Under the pieces are notes generated by a model. It worked only from the letters and a program-made list of their open reading frames with translations. It did no database searches and was not told the origin of the DNA. DNA of 64,000 bases, from the NCBI GenBank assembly GCA_050084515.1, contig CM114271.1, positions 13,950,001-14,014,000 of the forward strand. Direction: 5' to 3'. Shown piece by piece: positions 38,712 through 50,379 of the stretch. The DNA comes from Blasia pusilla (taxonomy: Eukaryota). Both the position numbers and the translations under genes were made by a program. The number at the start of each line of letters is the position of its first letter. Position 1 is the stretch's first letter.

Positions 38712-38969
38712 CGTCCGTCCGTCCATCCGTGAGCTCATCCGTCCATCCGTCCGTCCATCTGTCCAGCCGTCCGTCCGTCCATCCGTCCTTCCGTCCTTCC
38801 GTCCTTCTGTCCGTCCGTCCACCCGTCCGTCCTCCGTCGGACTCCGTCCGCTCAACCAAACCGCTGTCCGCTGCCGGTATTACCGACCCTAATCCCCTGC
38901 CGAACCGCCTGCGCCTAAGGCCTAATCTACGCGGCCTTAAACGCATGGCCGCGGCTATCTATGGCTTTC
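38712..38969 (-). repeat. Right subterminal (GTCC)n array plus right TIR
   Basis: Mirror image of the left end. Confidence 0.93.
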
Positions 38970-39393
38970 GACGCCCTCCTCCTCTCCGCTAACAGATGCA
39001 TGCCTTCAAGACTCCGTTCTCCAACTCTTCCATCCATCGCTCCGTCCCTGTTTTCCAGTTCAGCCCCCGCTCTCGGCGCTACGCCGCGGCACTTCTTGGC
39101 TGTCAGGACCTCCCGTCCACTCCACCACCATCCATCGGATCCAGGACTCACCCGCGATTGAGCCGGCCCCATTCTTCGGTCGAATCCATTATTGGGTTTC
39201 ATTAGTAGGGCCGCTCAAAGCTCGGCTCGGATGGAACATGAAAACCAGTATGCCGTTTTGAAAGAAGAAAAGATGCACTTCCATAAAAATGAGTGAGGGA
39301 AAACCCATCGGAAGTACAAAAGAGGGGGACTCAAAGAGTTAAAACCTGAAGGCCACAACAAGACCAGAAAAGGAAAAAGGGGGCATTCCCCCC

Positions 39394-42300
39394 CTAACGA
39401 CGAAACTCACCAACAGCAGAGACAATATCAGTAACAACAAGAGAGCTATGACTATTACTAAGTGGGCCTCTAGCGCCGGCGTCTCCCACAGCCTGAGCTC
39501 GCCGCAAAAGCCCATTAGCCTGGGCGCGCTGCAACGCTATGGAGACCCGCTACCTACAATAGAGAATCGCAGTAGCTAAGGACAACCCATTTCTCGAGTG
39601 GAGATGATGGGCGCAGTCCATAAGGAACGAGTCGAACCTCTCCCCCATAGCCCCATACACCTCTATGGCCAGGGGGATGAAGATGTGTCCCTCGTGAAGT
39701 CGACTGTAGATATGTGTCTTCTTCACCGCCGCCGCTCCTTATAGCATTCGCCCTTGGGCCACCACTTGGGATCGCACTGCCTCCCGCGTAGGATTTGTAA
39801 CTACCACGTCCGCCACCACCACCTCAGCCTCTCGTGTCATGTAAAGATCGGCTCGAATAAGGGAATCCTGCATGGAGTACTGCCTCTCTCTCTGCACATG
39901 GAAGCCACTCTCCCGAGCAATACTGAACATGATATCCCGCATTGCATCATGAGTGGCTATCCTCTCACCCCCAACTGGACAGCGTGCCAAATGCACACCA
40001 AGTGGATCCAGGCTCCGACGACACTCGCAGTGTGTCGAACCAACCACCGATGGTTGGGGGAGGCCCAAGCGGAACCGCATCGTTGTGGTATAGGTAAGTG
40101 GTGCGATATGGAAAGCCGGGAGAAGGGGGCGCGCCCCTACCCATGAGCCTGCCCCCTTTCCGGAGCAAGAGCGAATACGGGCCCTAACCTCCATGGGGAT
40201 ATTCCCGTCGGACATAGTGCCTCTAAAACTGCCTCAAAGTGGGCTTCCATCAAGGAAGATTGGAGCCAGATTGACCGGAGGTAACTAAGGAGGAGAAAGT
40301 GGGGGAGAACGGCTCGGCCTCAACTCAAGGGAATCTCTACAAGCTGTGAGTGAAGACTAAAGTGGGAAAGAGCCATCCTCAACCTGGGAGACGTAGTGTA
40401 GAAGGACCGGTCTATCTCTAACCAAAAATCGGGAGCAAAGGAGGGGTGCCACTGTGGCCCAACTCCCTAAAAAAGCGGAGGGTGCCACTAACTCGGTCGA
40501 GAGAAGACCTACTCCACCAAAAGAAATCGGCCAAGAGGTTTGTCTACAAGCTAACTCCCCCATGGGGCACTCTAAGGAGCCGGGTCCTAGAAGATCCCCA
40601 AACACCTGCATGAGCTTCCTATCAAAGGATCTATATAGGGAAGAAAGGTGACTAGATGTCCAGACCATTCTAGTGAGGTAACCACGTCTACGAGCAAAAC
40701 AAGAAGAGAGAATGCCAAAGGCGACTTGAGGGTCACCAATCCTCGTAAGATCATCAACGTGGAGAAGATCCTTGGTAAGAGCCGCCGCCACGAAACTCGA
40801 TACAAAGTCTTGGCTCCCGAGCGGGACTCCCAAGACTCAAAGCCCTTCGACACGTCGCAAGAAGCCGTCCGATAAATGTAGATCATCACGTAGGCCTGAT
40901 GGAGACTAAGCCTTGCACTTTCCCACCTTCACCGCCAGGCCGACACGTGCCAACTGTGCTGAAAAGTGCTCGAATGCAGGGACAACAAGATCTCCAGGAC
41001 CAACAATATGAGTATCATCTGCCAACGAAGGGAAAATGCAACCTACGAAAGCCTCCACCGTAGAAAGAACCGCTCGGTAATGAGCCACAAAAAACAACGC
41101 GCCACCCAGAGGGTCACCCTAATGAAACCCGGTAGCAGACTCCAAGACCGTGACCTCCTCCTCGAATCGACCATGGTGGAAATAGAGGGCCGAAGGGGCC
41201 CCATAGAAAGCTTGCACAAAGGGAATGAGGCTCGCCATGGGGCCACCCGTGTCCCTCAACTCTGTGAATATAGTAGCCCGAGATACTGAGTTGAAGGCGT
41301 TCTCCACGTCCACTTGGAGAACCACCCACTCTGGATGTACATCTAGACAAGCCCTCAAACCTAAGGCAACCATCTCACATCCGGCTGGCGTGGCAACTCC
41401 AAACTGATGCCGACTCGGATGTGATTTCGAAAGCCTCACGGAATTGCAAAGCGAGAGTACGACTCACCAACCGCAAGAGCACCTCACCTATGGCAGTCGG
41501 ACGGATACCACCACCCTCCTTCGACAACGCCAAAAGTCGCCCTGCCCCTAATACTTGGGCCACTGGTGTTGGCACTCTCCCCTGAGCTAGGTGAGAGGCA
41601 ACCTGAAGCAACTCGGAGAAGCCGCTAGCGGAGTCCTCGGAAAGAAAGCAATCACGAAGGTGTTCGTACATCATACCAAAAAATCCTCCAGCCGCAATCC
41701 TCGGAGAACGTCCGAGTGCCCGTGCAAAGAGGGACGGGTCAAGGCATATAGCCGTGTCAGGATGGAAGTCACGTGCAAAAGCTAGAATGTCAACCGCTGG
41801 AATGTCAACCACTAGACGAGGATGTAGCCTCCGGAGGGCATCAATGGTAACATCTGAAGAAGGAGTCATGTCCATCGGGCGAAGAGCACGTGCAGCTCGC
41901 GAGTACTCACAGGCTCCCCCCAGTGTCCTACATCGTCGCAACCTGGCTGCTACAAGATTGTCCGCCGGGAAACCAGGTGAACTGCTACCTCTGGCAAATG
42001 CCACAAACTCACTCTGCAAAGACTCCCAATCACCTCCTCGAAAGCGTCTCAGACATGCCACAACCTCTCTATGATCGGCCTTCCCTCCCCGAGTGTAACG
42101 AAGACACCATCGTGGAAGGAGAAGTAGTAGGTACCAAGAGAGCTCATCCATAGGATCAAGAGCGATCCTAGCTAGGGGAAGGAGGAATGCGTGGCGGAGG
42201 TCATCCTGAATAGCATGGGGGATCCTATGGAACAGCCTTGGGCACGGAAAACGGGTCTCGAAGAGACCTATAATGCTGCCCTGGTGGGACCTCAACCACT

Positions 42301-42520
42301 CCCATGCCTCAGGAGGGGGCGATGATGCGGGAAGCACCGGAGAGCATCCATGGTCGACAGGAGGGACCACCCATCCAAATCTATCAAAGTCATGATGTTT
42401 TGCCGCTAAGTGGTTCCGAATTCCTGAACGAGTGAAGAATTCGGGACAACATGGGCATTTAGTATCCCGACTAGACGACCCACGGGTCCCCACACGGGGA
42501 GCCGATGCGGGTCGAGGCAT
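39394..42520 (-). mobile_element. CRE-like non-LTR retrotransposon ORF (C2H2 finger, RT, zinc knuckle, restriction-like endonuclease), disrupted; UTRs probably extend to ~39250 and ~42970
   Basis: N-terminal CPCC...HLAAKH. RT motifs LLALSKEGGGIRPTAIGEVLLRL, QFGV, DVENAFNSVSR, G..*GDPLG, SLADD, LGVPLGS. C-terminal CEC...HLARC..GG.RIATHD, RADL, DVVVTNP, FIPLAIEVYG, RVSIALQR. No APE endonuclease. Several stops and frameshifts. Confidence 0.85.
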
Positions 42521-43739
42521 GGATGCAACTCACCAAGAAGAGGACATGGCCCCCTCCAATAAAATCGTGTGACAATCCCCCACCAATAACAGTCCGATCA
42601 TCCCCATTCGAACGAGCGGTCCTGGCAAACAACTCTCTTCCCGTCCACGGTAATGCTCCCTCTAACATAAACTCTCACCTAGCGACATCACCTAGGACTT
42701 CTAGTCCCAACCCCCTCCCAAAAATGAACTCATGAATACCTAGAGTTGCTAAGAGTGTGAAAAGATCATGGGCCAATCGAGATAAAATAGATGAGAAGAA
42801 AGGTGTATCTACGGGAGGGGTAAAAAATACAAATGTGAATCGAACCAAAATGAGAAGCAAATACGACAAACAAGGAAGGACTTGGGAAAGGAGGGGAAGG
42901 GTGGGTGAATAGAGGACGTTACCTTGGGAAATTTCTCCAAATGACAATAAGCAAAGCCATAATACTCACATTTGGAACCCTAATATGAACCGAATTCTAA
43001 AAATATGAATAAAAATAAAAATTCTTCACGCCATGCATCAAGGTCCAGATCAAAATGAAGCCCTCGTCACACTCTCCGTTTTGATATGTAGCACGTCCCC
43101 TCTCTTCCCCGACGCCCACCGTTCTCCCTCCCGCCGTCCCCGTCCATGCCTCCCGCCGTCCCCGCCCAAACTACGTCCGCAGCTTCAGTACCGTTTTGAG
43201 AGGGGTGGGAGAGAAAGTAATTAATGGAGGACGCGTGGATAACCTAGAAGGACAGGAAAAAAGGGCGAATGTTTATGGGGGTATAATAAAGAAAACTAGT
43301 GTGCAGCCCGAAATAGCTTGGGTGTGTGAAGTGCGAATTGTGTCTTGATGAGAAGTAGGGGAGCTCAATGGTATGGACGACGGAAAAGAGTATTCCAGCC
43401 TTAGTTTGGAGGTTTTGAGAACACTAATATAGTCAAGAGTAACAGGGCGAGAGGAAGGCGTGGAATAACATGGCAAGGAATAACAATTATTCTATTCGGT
43501 GTCAATGAGAGTACTTGGAAAAATTCATATTCATCCGGCCGTTAAAAAATTAATATCCGAGGGTTGAAAACCGTGCAGAATAACTTGCATTCTATAGGCT
43601 CTGTACTTGAGTCGAGTATTGTAGGGGTTGTGACTAGTGATACAGTCAAGAGTAACACGGCGAGAGGAAGACGTGGAATAACATGGCGAGGAATAACAAT
43701 TATTCTATTCTGTGTCAATCTAATTGGCGACCACATATT

Positions 43740-44716
43740 CATAATACGAGAAGATAGCGGGGCGATAAGACAAAATAGGCAACATCTTTGAATATTGTTG
43801 CTTGAGCCCGTTAGACGGGTAGAAATAGAACAAAAGAAACAAATAGGGATTCATTGGAATATATAATAATCATTTAATACTTAATTTAATATTTTAATGG
43901 GCGATTTTAAATATTAATAAAATATAAATAATATGATAAATAACCAAAATTTTAGAATTTCTGCTTCAATTCATATTTGATGGAAAAAGCAAATAAAAAT
44001 TTGATGGAGGAGTAGATTTTGTTTAAATTTTAGGGAAGTATTAGGATATCATTTAAATTTGAATGGAGGATTGTAATTACTAAGAAGAGTGAAATGCTAT
44101 CCCTGTTCTAAAATTTTAGGGAAGTATTGGGATATCATTTAAATTTGAATGGAGGATTGTAATTACTAAGAAGAGTGAAATGTTATTACTGTTCTAAAAT
44201 TTAGAAAATAGAAACTATATGTAAAATTTGAACTAAACAGCATATCACTTTCTGAAATAACGGTATTAATTCACATGCGATGTTTTGGGAAAGGAAAATT
44301 AATTTGAATGGAAAAGGAAAATGATTTTTTTAGTTAAAATTAGATAAGATATTGGTTAGTGAATGTTATTTTGGTGGGAAGAATAGTTATTGTTTGAGCT
44401 TTTACAGAGGAGTGAAATTATTTAGGGGAGATGGGTGTTACTTAAAGGTGAAATTTTCTTACTCTTTTAAGATTTAAAAAGTGGAAATTATATTAAATAA
44501 AATTTGAAAATTTAAACATAATTTTTAAAAACTATTATTTACAACTTTTTTTAAGGCCCTATTGGCATGCAGTAATTGGACAAGAAAAAAAAAATCACTT
44601 GTTATGGGCATGAAGAAAAAAGTTTGAATTTATGTGCAGCATCATTAATCCCTTCACTAACAAAAGCTCTTCAAACACTTTTTTATTTTCTGTGCATCGC
44701 ACAGGTACCTTACTAG
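43740..44716 (+). mobile_element. Non-autonomous Helitron-like AT-rich element
   Basis: Ends tgtgcatcgcaca...CTAG|T. Homolog of 11403-12375. The nearby block 43507-43641 is repeated right after the end, at 44718-44793. Confidence 0.7.
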
Positions 44717-46053
44717 TGAGAGTAATTGGGAAAGTTCATATCCATCTTACCGTTAAAAAGTTAATATCCGAGGGTTGAGAACCGTGCAGAATAACTTGCA
44801 TTCTACGGGCTTTGTACTCGGAGTCGAGTATTGTATGGGCTATGACTAGTGATTTAATGCATTATTGAAATAATTGACAAGAAAATAAAACTCTTAGTTT
44901 GACCAATAAGATGGATAAAGTAGAATATGTATGGAGATACGTGGAAACATATATCCAACCAAAAAAATTAGGGTGGCAAATATATTTCAATGTAAATTGG
45001 AGGTGTTGTTTGATTTCAAATTATTTTAGCATACAATTGATGTATCGCTGATGTGTGTTGTGGTGAAAGAAACGATCATTGCTTTTAAAGTAGTGGGTAT
45101 GAATTGGTTGAATAAGATAATGGATTGAAACCGTTCACTATAAGAGTAGTGTGTAGATATGAGCATAAATATTCCATTTGTGAATAGATATGGCTAATTT
45201 GCAATTGAATCTATCTCTTATACACCATGCAATTAAGCAAAGGAATTATGAATATCGAATGTTACTTGATTGGATTCATATATTGATTTCCTCTATCATG
45301 AATGCCTTTAGAAAAGTATAAATTTTTTATGGACAACACTTTTACAAATATGAAGATGGAAAAAATTGTGCTACATGTGTTCAGTATGCACTACCGGTGA
45401 TGAAGAGACAACTCTGTGATCACAATCGTAGCATGGACTCTAGCAACTCCATAATAAGTTTAAGATCTTCTTATATCTAATATTTGACATCTTTATAAAA
45501 TTGATCTCAAGCTTATCGTAGATACTACTCTTCAACTTGAAGTTTAAATAAGTGGGTATGACTATCATCACATGTTGAGTTTAACATATCCCTCACAACT
45601 AATATTTCTATCGACAACTAAGGTGACCTCTTCTCAACTTTGTTGAGTGTCACGCACATGTTTTGATAAACATTGAGTGGAATTGAAGGCCTCCTTAAGA
45701 TGTGATGTGATTGCTCGAGATAATCAGTGTCCAAGTCGTTGTTAACACGCACATCCTAATGTGTATGTGAAGTAAAACCATTAACTAGATGATAGTTAAC
45801 GTTGTCTTAACCTTGGAGTAAAAAAGAAATAGAAGTAAATATAAGAGAAAGTCTAAGTGATAGTTGGGAATGAAACTAGAAAATAGAGACTGCTAGAACT
45901 GTACATATTGCAATGGATAGGTAAGAGAAAGCCCAAGTGGTAGCCAAGAACTAAAAGAAATCAAGAAATACAAACTAATGCAATATGTCGTGTACATATT
46001 CCAATGTATATGTAAGAGAAATTCTACCTGAATATATATAAATAAAAGATTCT

Positions 46054-46753
46054 ATTGTCTAAAAAATGAATCACAGAATGATAGTTTGAACTAAATTTTT
46101 GGTGCGGATTGAAAAATATGATCACAATTTACAACAAACAAGAGAATCTAGATCTCTCATACATTAAGTTGGAACAAATGCATAGTGCAATTGTAGGAGT
46201 TTCAAAATCATTTATGCCAATGCATTGTAGTAAAATACTAGAGACAATGTACATGAACCATCTTCATAGAAAGCATATCTAAAAGTTATAGTAGTTAGAT
46301 TCACTATAGAAGACTTCTTAATTAAGCCACACACTTGAATGCAAGAGACATAAAGGTGACAACTATGAGATAAGAAGCATTCAAATCTTCATATAGAAGT
46401 AAATATTGTCTAAACAATGAATTGAAAATTCATAGTGTCAACTAAATCATTGGTGTAGATAGAATATGGTCATAATTTACAGCAAATAAGAGAATACACA
46501 TCACTCGCATATTTGAAGTTGGAACAAATCCAGAGTATACCTATACGAGTTTCAAGATTATTTTTTCCAATGGATTTCAGTAAAATACTAGAGACAAAAT
46601 ATATTAACCATCTTCGTAGAAAGCATATCTTAAAGTTCTAGAAGTTAGATTCACCACACAAGACTCCTTAATTAAGCTACATATTTGAATGCAAGAAGTG
46701 AAAAGGTGAAAACTATGAGGTAAAGAAGCATTGATCTCTCCATGTAAAAGTAA
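46054..46753. repeat. Diverged ~350-bp tandem duplication
   Basis: attgtctaaa..aagttggaacaaat..agtaaaatactagagacaa..agttagattcac occurs twice at a ~350-bp offset. Confidence 0.85.
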
Positions 46754-47148
46754 CAAAAAATGGCTTGTTAATGGAACAATACAAGATTTTGGAGTGTATG
46801 CATATCATGGAATTACAAAATACCATAAGAGCGTATATATCTAGAATCACTCAATAACAAATATTAAAGTCTAGGAATGAAACTGACATGAAAAAGTAGT
46901 ATTCTTGTAAACATTTGAAGTAACAAGTAAATCGATTGCGATGACCAAAAGGTATGGGAGAATGCAGATGCTAATGATGATGCAATATATGTCTATCTTG
47001 CATGAAAGCATATTTTACAAAGGTATGATTTTATTGGAATGTACATTTGTAGTGATAAAGTATATTTGAATCATCAAAACATCACTTGGAAAAATTATCT
47101 AGGAATAATGTTGATTCCTAAATGTAAAGCTAAAAACGCACGCACGCA

Positions 47149-47353
<205 letters not shown>

Positions 47354-47501
47354 GTTGTTCTAAACTTTAGTAGGAAAGGATCCTAATAAGAATTGTGTTT
47401 ATGTGCACTTTATCAATGAAGGGCCCGACCCTCTTTTGGTGATATTAAGGGAGGTCTCAGAGTGCTTGGAACCCAAACCCCACTTTGGGATCAGGCGGCT
47501 G

Positions 47502-47770
47502 GGGTCATGGAAAAGAAAGTGGTTACAATGCCTTCTTGATATGGTATGATAATTATATTATTTTGGTCTATGGTAAGGAAGAGTTTGTGGACTCTTAATG
47601 ATATTGAGTTCCAAGTGTGGAAAGGAAATACTTTATCTTTTGGTGATATTATGAGACTGTTGGGGTCATAGAAAGTGGTTACAATGCCTTCTTGATATGG
47701 TATGATAATTATATTATTTTGGTCTATGGTAGAGTTTGTGGCTCTAACATATTGAGTTCCAAGTGTGGAG
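47502..47770. repeat. Direct repeat of ~110-120 bp, 2 copies
   Basis: agaaagtggttacaatgccttcttgatatggtatgataattatattattttggtctatggta occurs twice. Confidence 0.9.
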
Positions 47771-48711
47771 GAAATAATTATGACGTCACCAAAGTTTGCT
47801 AGAAGTGGAAGGGTATGAGGATTATGAAGGTTAATGGGTAAGGGTTCAAACTTTGGCACTTGACCAACATCTTTAGCTATCTTCATTCACTCAAGAAATT
47901 GTGTTGCTTTCACAAAGGTGAAATCCATAAGAATGTTCAAGGGTAAGTGTTTCTAATGTCTTAATATGGAGTTAGGTCCAACTTATTCTATTTGAAAGAA
48001 CATTGAAAAACCTAGCTTCATCTCTCCTGGTTAAACTGGTCTCTTTGAAATCTACAATTTTGAACTTCAACGCTTCCTTTCTGAGAGTCACAATGCAATA
48101 GAGTCATGTGACAATGGTAGCTTGTAATAGCATATAGCATTTATATTAGTAATTACAATAGAAATAAAAGTAATCATGGTACTTATATATGGCAGGTCCA
48201 TCCTTAATATATGTTTGAACTTTGAGTCCCACAATTGGCTTTGACTAATGAAAGCTTGATTTTTTCGTGAATTAACTCCATGTTCCCAAAATAGTGGATG
48301 ATAACCTAGATTTTCTGAATACTTCATTCGATTTTCAATAGGAGTGGTGAAAAAGGCCGAATATCCTATCGTTGAGTGTTTATATTATCAAAAATTATGC
48401 TTATGAAGTCGAGATAATTGGTAGGAACTTGCAAGACTATGTTAGATCCTCGAGAAACATCTACAATAATAAGCATTGACATATGAATTATATTGATTTA
48501 CCTCCCACGTAGGATGATGAGATTGTTGTATAAGTTGTTACATATCTACAATGCCTAGATGTGGATTTATCTCCTGTTCATACATAAGTAGAGCTTGTAC
48601 AAATTGATGTGATATTAATATATGAGCAGCTTGAGTACGTGGCCTTGAGTTTTGTCTTTGCTTGCGTTGCCACGTGATGTCACGATTGAATACTTCACAA
48701 GAAATGTACAT

Positions 48712-49990
48712 TTATGCCAACATAATTAATATTACAAGGCTAAAAATCCTAAAGTGTTCTAGTTCTAGTGTCCCCAAAATCCTCAAGTAATCTCTAGTTT
48801 TCACCCTTGGTAATATAACACACGTAAATCCAAAAGCAAATTTTGCTCTAATTACAAGAAGATAACGACCAGTGATGGTGCAGCCTTGACTTTTATGACT
48901 TGTTATGGCACAACCAATCACAAGTGGGAATGTTCTCTTAATGTATGTGCGGTTGGAGTTATACCTATGAGTCAAGAATTTAGATCTATTTACAAGAATA
49001 GAGTGTCCATTAGACAAAATCATAACAACAATGCTCACTAAATCATTTTCCTTATAGACAAGTTCAAAGGCTATTCCTAAATATCCATATGTTGCCCTAG
49101 ACTTTCAAGTTCACGTTCCATATAAGCATTACTTAACAATGGAGTGCAATATAAGGCAATTGATGAAAACTACTATCATCTAACCAACTAATAAATGTAG
49201 GTTCCAGAGGAGCATATGATGAACATACTCATGAAGATAAGTCCACCTTAGCAAATCAGATAACACTCTACGAGAAAGGCAACATATCCTAATGATAGTA
49301 AGTAAAAGAATTCATTCCATTGGTACAAAGGGCAGAATTCTATAACTCTAACAATTTGTGTAGTTCTACACACTGCATTCCCGAGATTATCTAGCCAAAG
49401 AACTTTTCATAGTTTGTTTGGACATGTCTTCAACAATTTATAACTTGATAAGTCATCGAAAGTCATTTCTCCGAGATTAGATGGCCTATTGGAATATAAT
49501 ATAGAGGAATGTATGCAAGGAACTTGTGCATTTTTGTAAAGGGAGTTTCTCCTATTTTGTGGGTTATTATCAACATAATGCACAACTTGAGATCTATGTA
49601 TCATGGGAATTTGCATGGAGTTAAGGGAAATTTCCATGGAAGATAGTAACCCATTTAACACTACACTAAATATAAGTTCAACTTGATTTTTTCTAAACCT
49701 TCAAGTCCTAGGCAGCGTGTTGTCTTAGTGTCAATATCAATTGAACTAGTTGGATTTGACTTTAGAGTGCACTTCAACAAATATAATGACCAATCAATGT
49801 TTGTGACATGTTGAATGTTCATGGGAGCACCCCACAAAAGCAATACAAGTAGATGGTAAGGTACGACATTCGTATGATCTACATAAGGTGTTAAATAGTT
49901 CCATGTTATAACAATTGGATCAACAAAAGGCGTAGTGTGCATATTAGGAGAAGCAGGAAAACCAAGCTGGTTTTTGGTTTTCTTTCAAAC
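48712..49990 (-). pseudogene. Helitron Rep/Hel remnant, internally deleted
   Basis: Rep C-terminal motif D.NVVPYH..LLLWGAPMNIQ...YLLK..K (49661-49942) and PIF1 helicase end FPL..AITSHKSQG.T...RVK (48712-49038). Confidence 0.85.
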
Positions 49991-50379
49991 AATGCAAACT
50001 CCTACTTTATATCGATGGATCTGTTTTGTAAGCACACATTGTGTTCAAACTTTTGATACATCATAATTTTTTTGTGTTTCTAGTTATGTAGGTGATATTT
50101 CATTAGATGTGAGGTTATATACCTTTAAGATGTTGTCTCTATCATGCATGATTGCTTGGGAGTTGGGGACTTGTATAGTGCTTTGAGAGAGGATAGTACA
50201 AGTCTTTTTCTCTTAGGTAGGGTCCATATTTTGTGAGTTTGTCTAGTTCTTTCTTTAAAATAAACGTTTGACTTGTTGAAGACAAGGCAATTGATTTGCG
50301 TAACGGATGCATCAATAGAGGATAAGGTTTGTAAGGAGAGAAAATAATAAATAACTATCTAGATCTATTTCGAATATTT

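Larger units (their letters stand above)
25483..38969 (+). mobile_element. Large Mutator-like DNA transposon (MULE), 13487 bp, multi-gene
   Basis: 109-bp TIRs (25483-25591 and 38861-38969, 5 mismatches). Perfect flanking duplication GACGCCCTCC at 25473-25482 and 38970-38979; it reads as 8 bp if the termini are extended by one base. Internal MULE/SWIM transposase. Confidence 0.93.

Noticed and set aside
42975-42983. Telomere-like aaccctaa near the 5' side of the CRE-like element as a MoTeR-like target
   Set aside because: A single short match with nothing equivalent at the 3' end; expected by chance.
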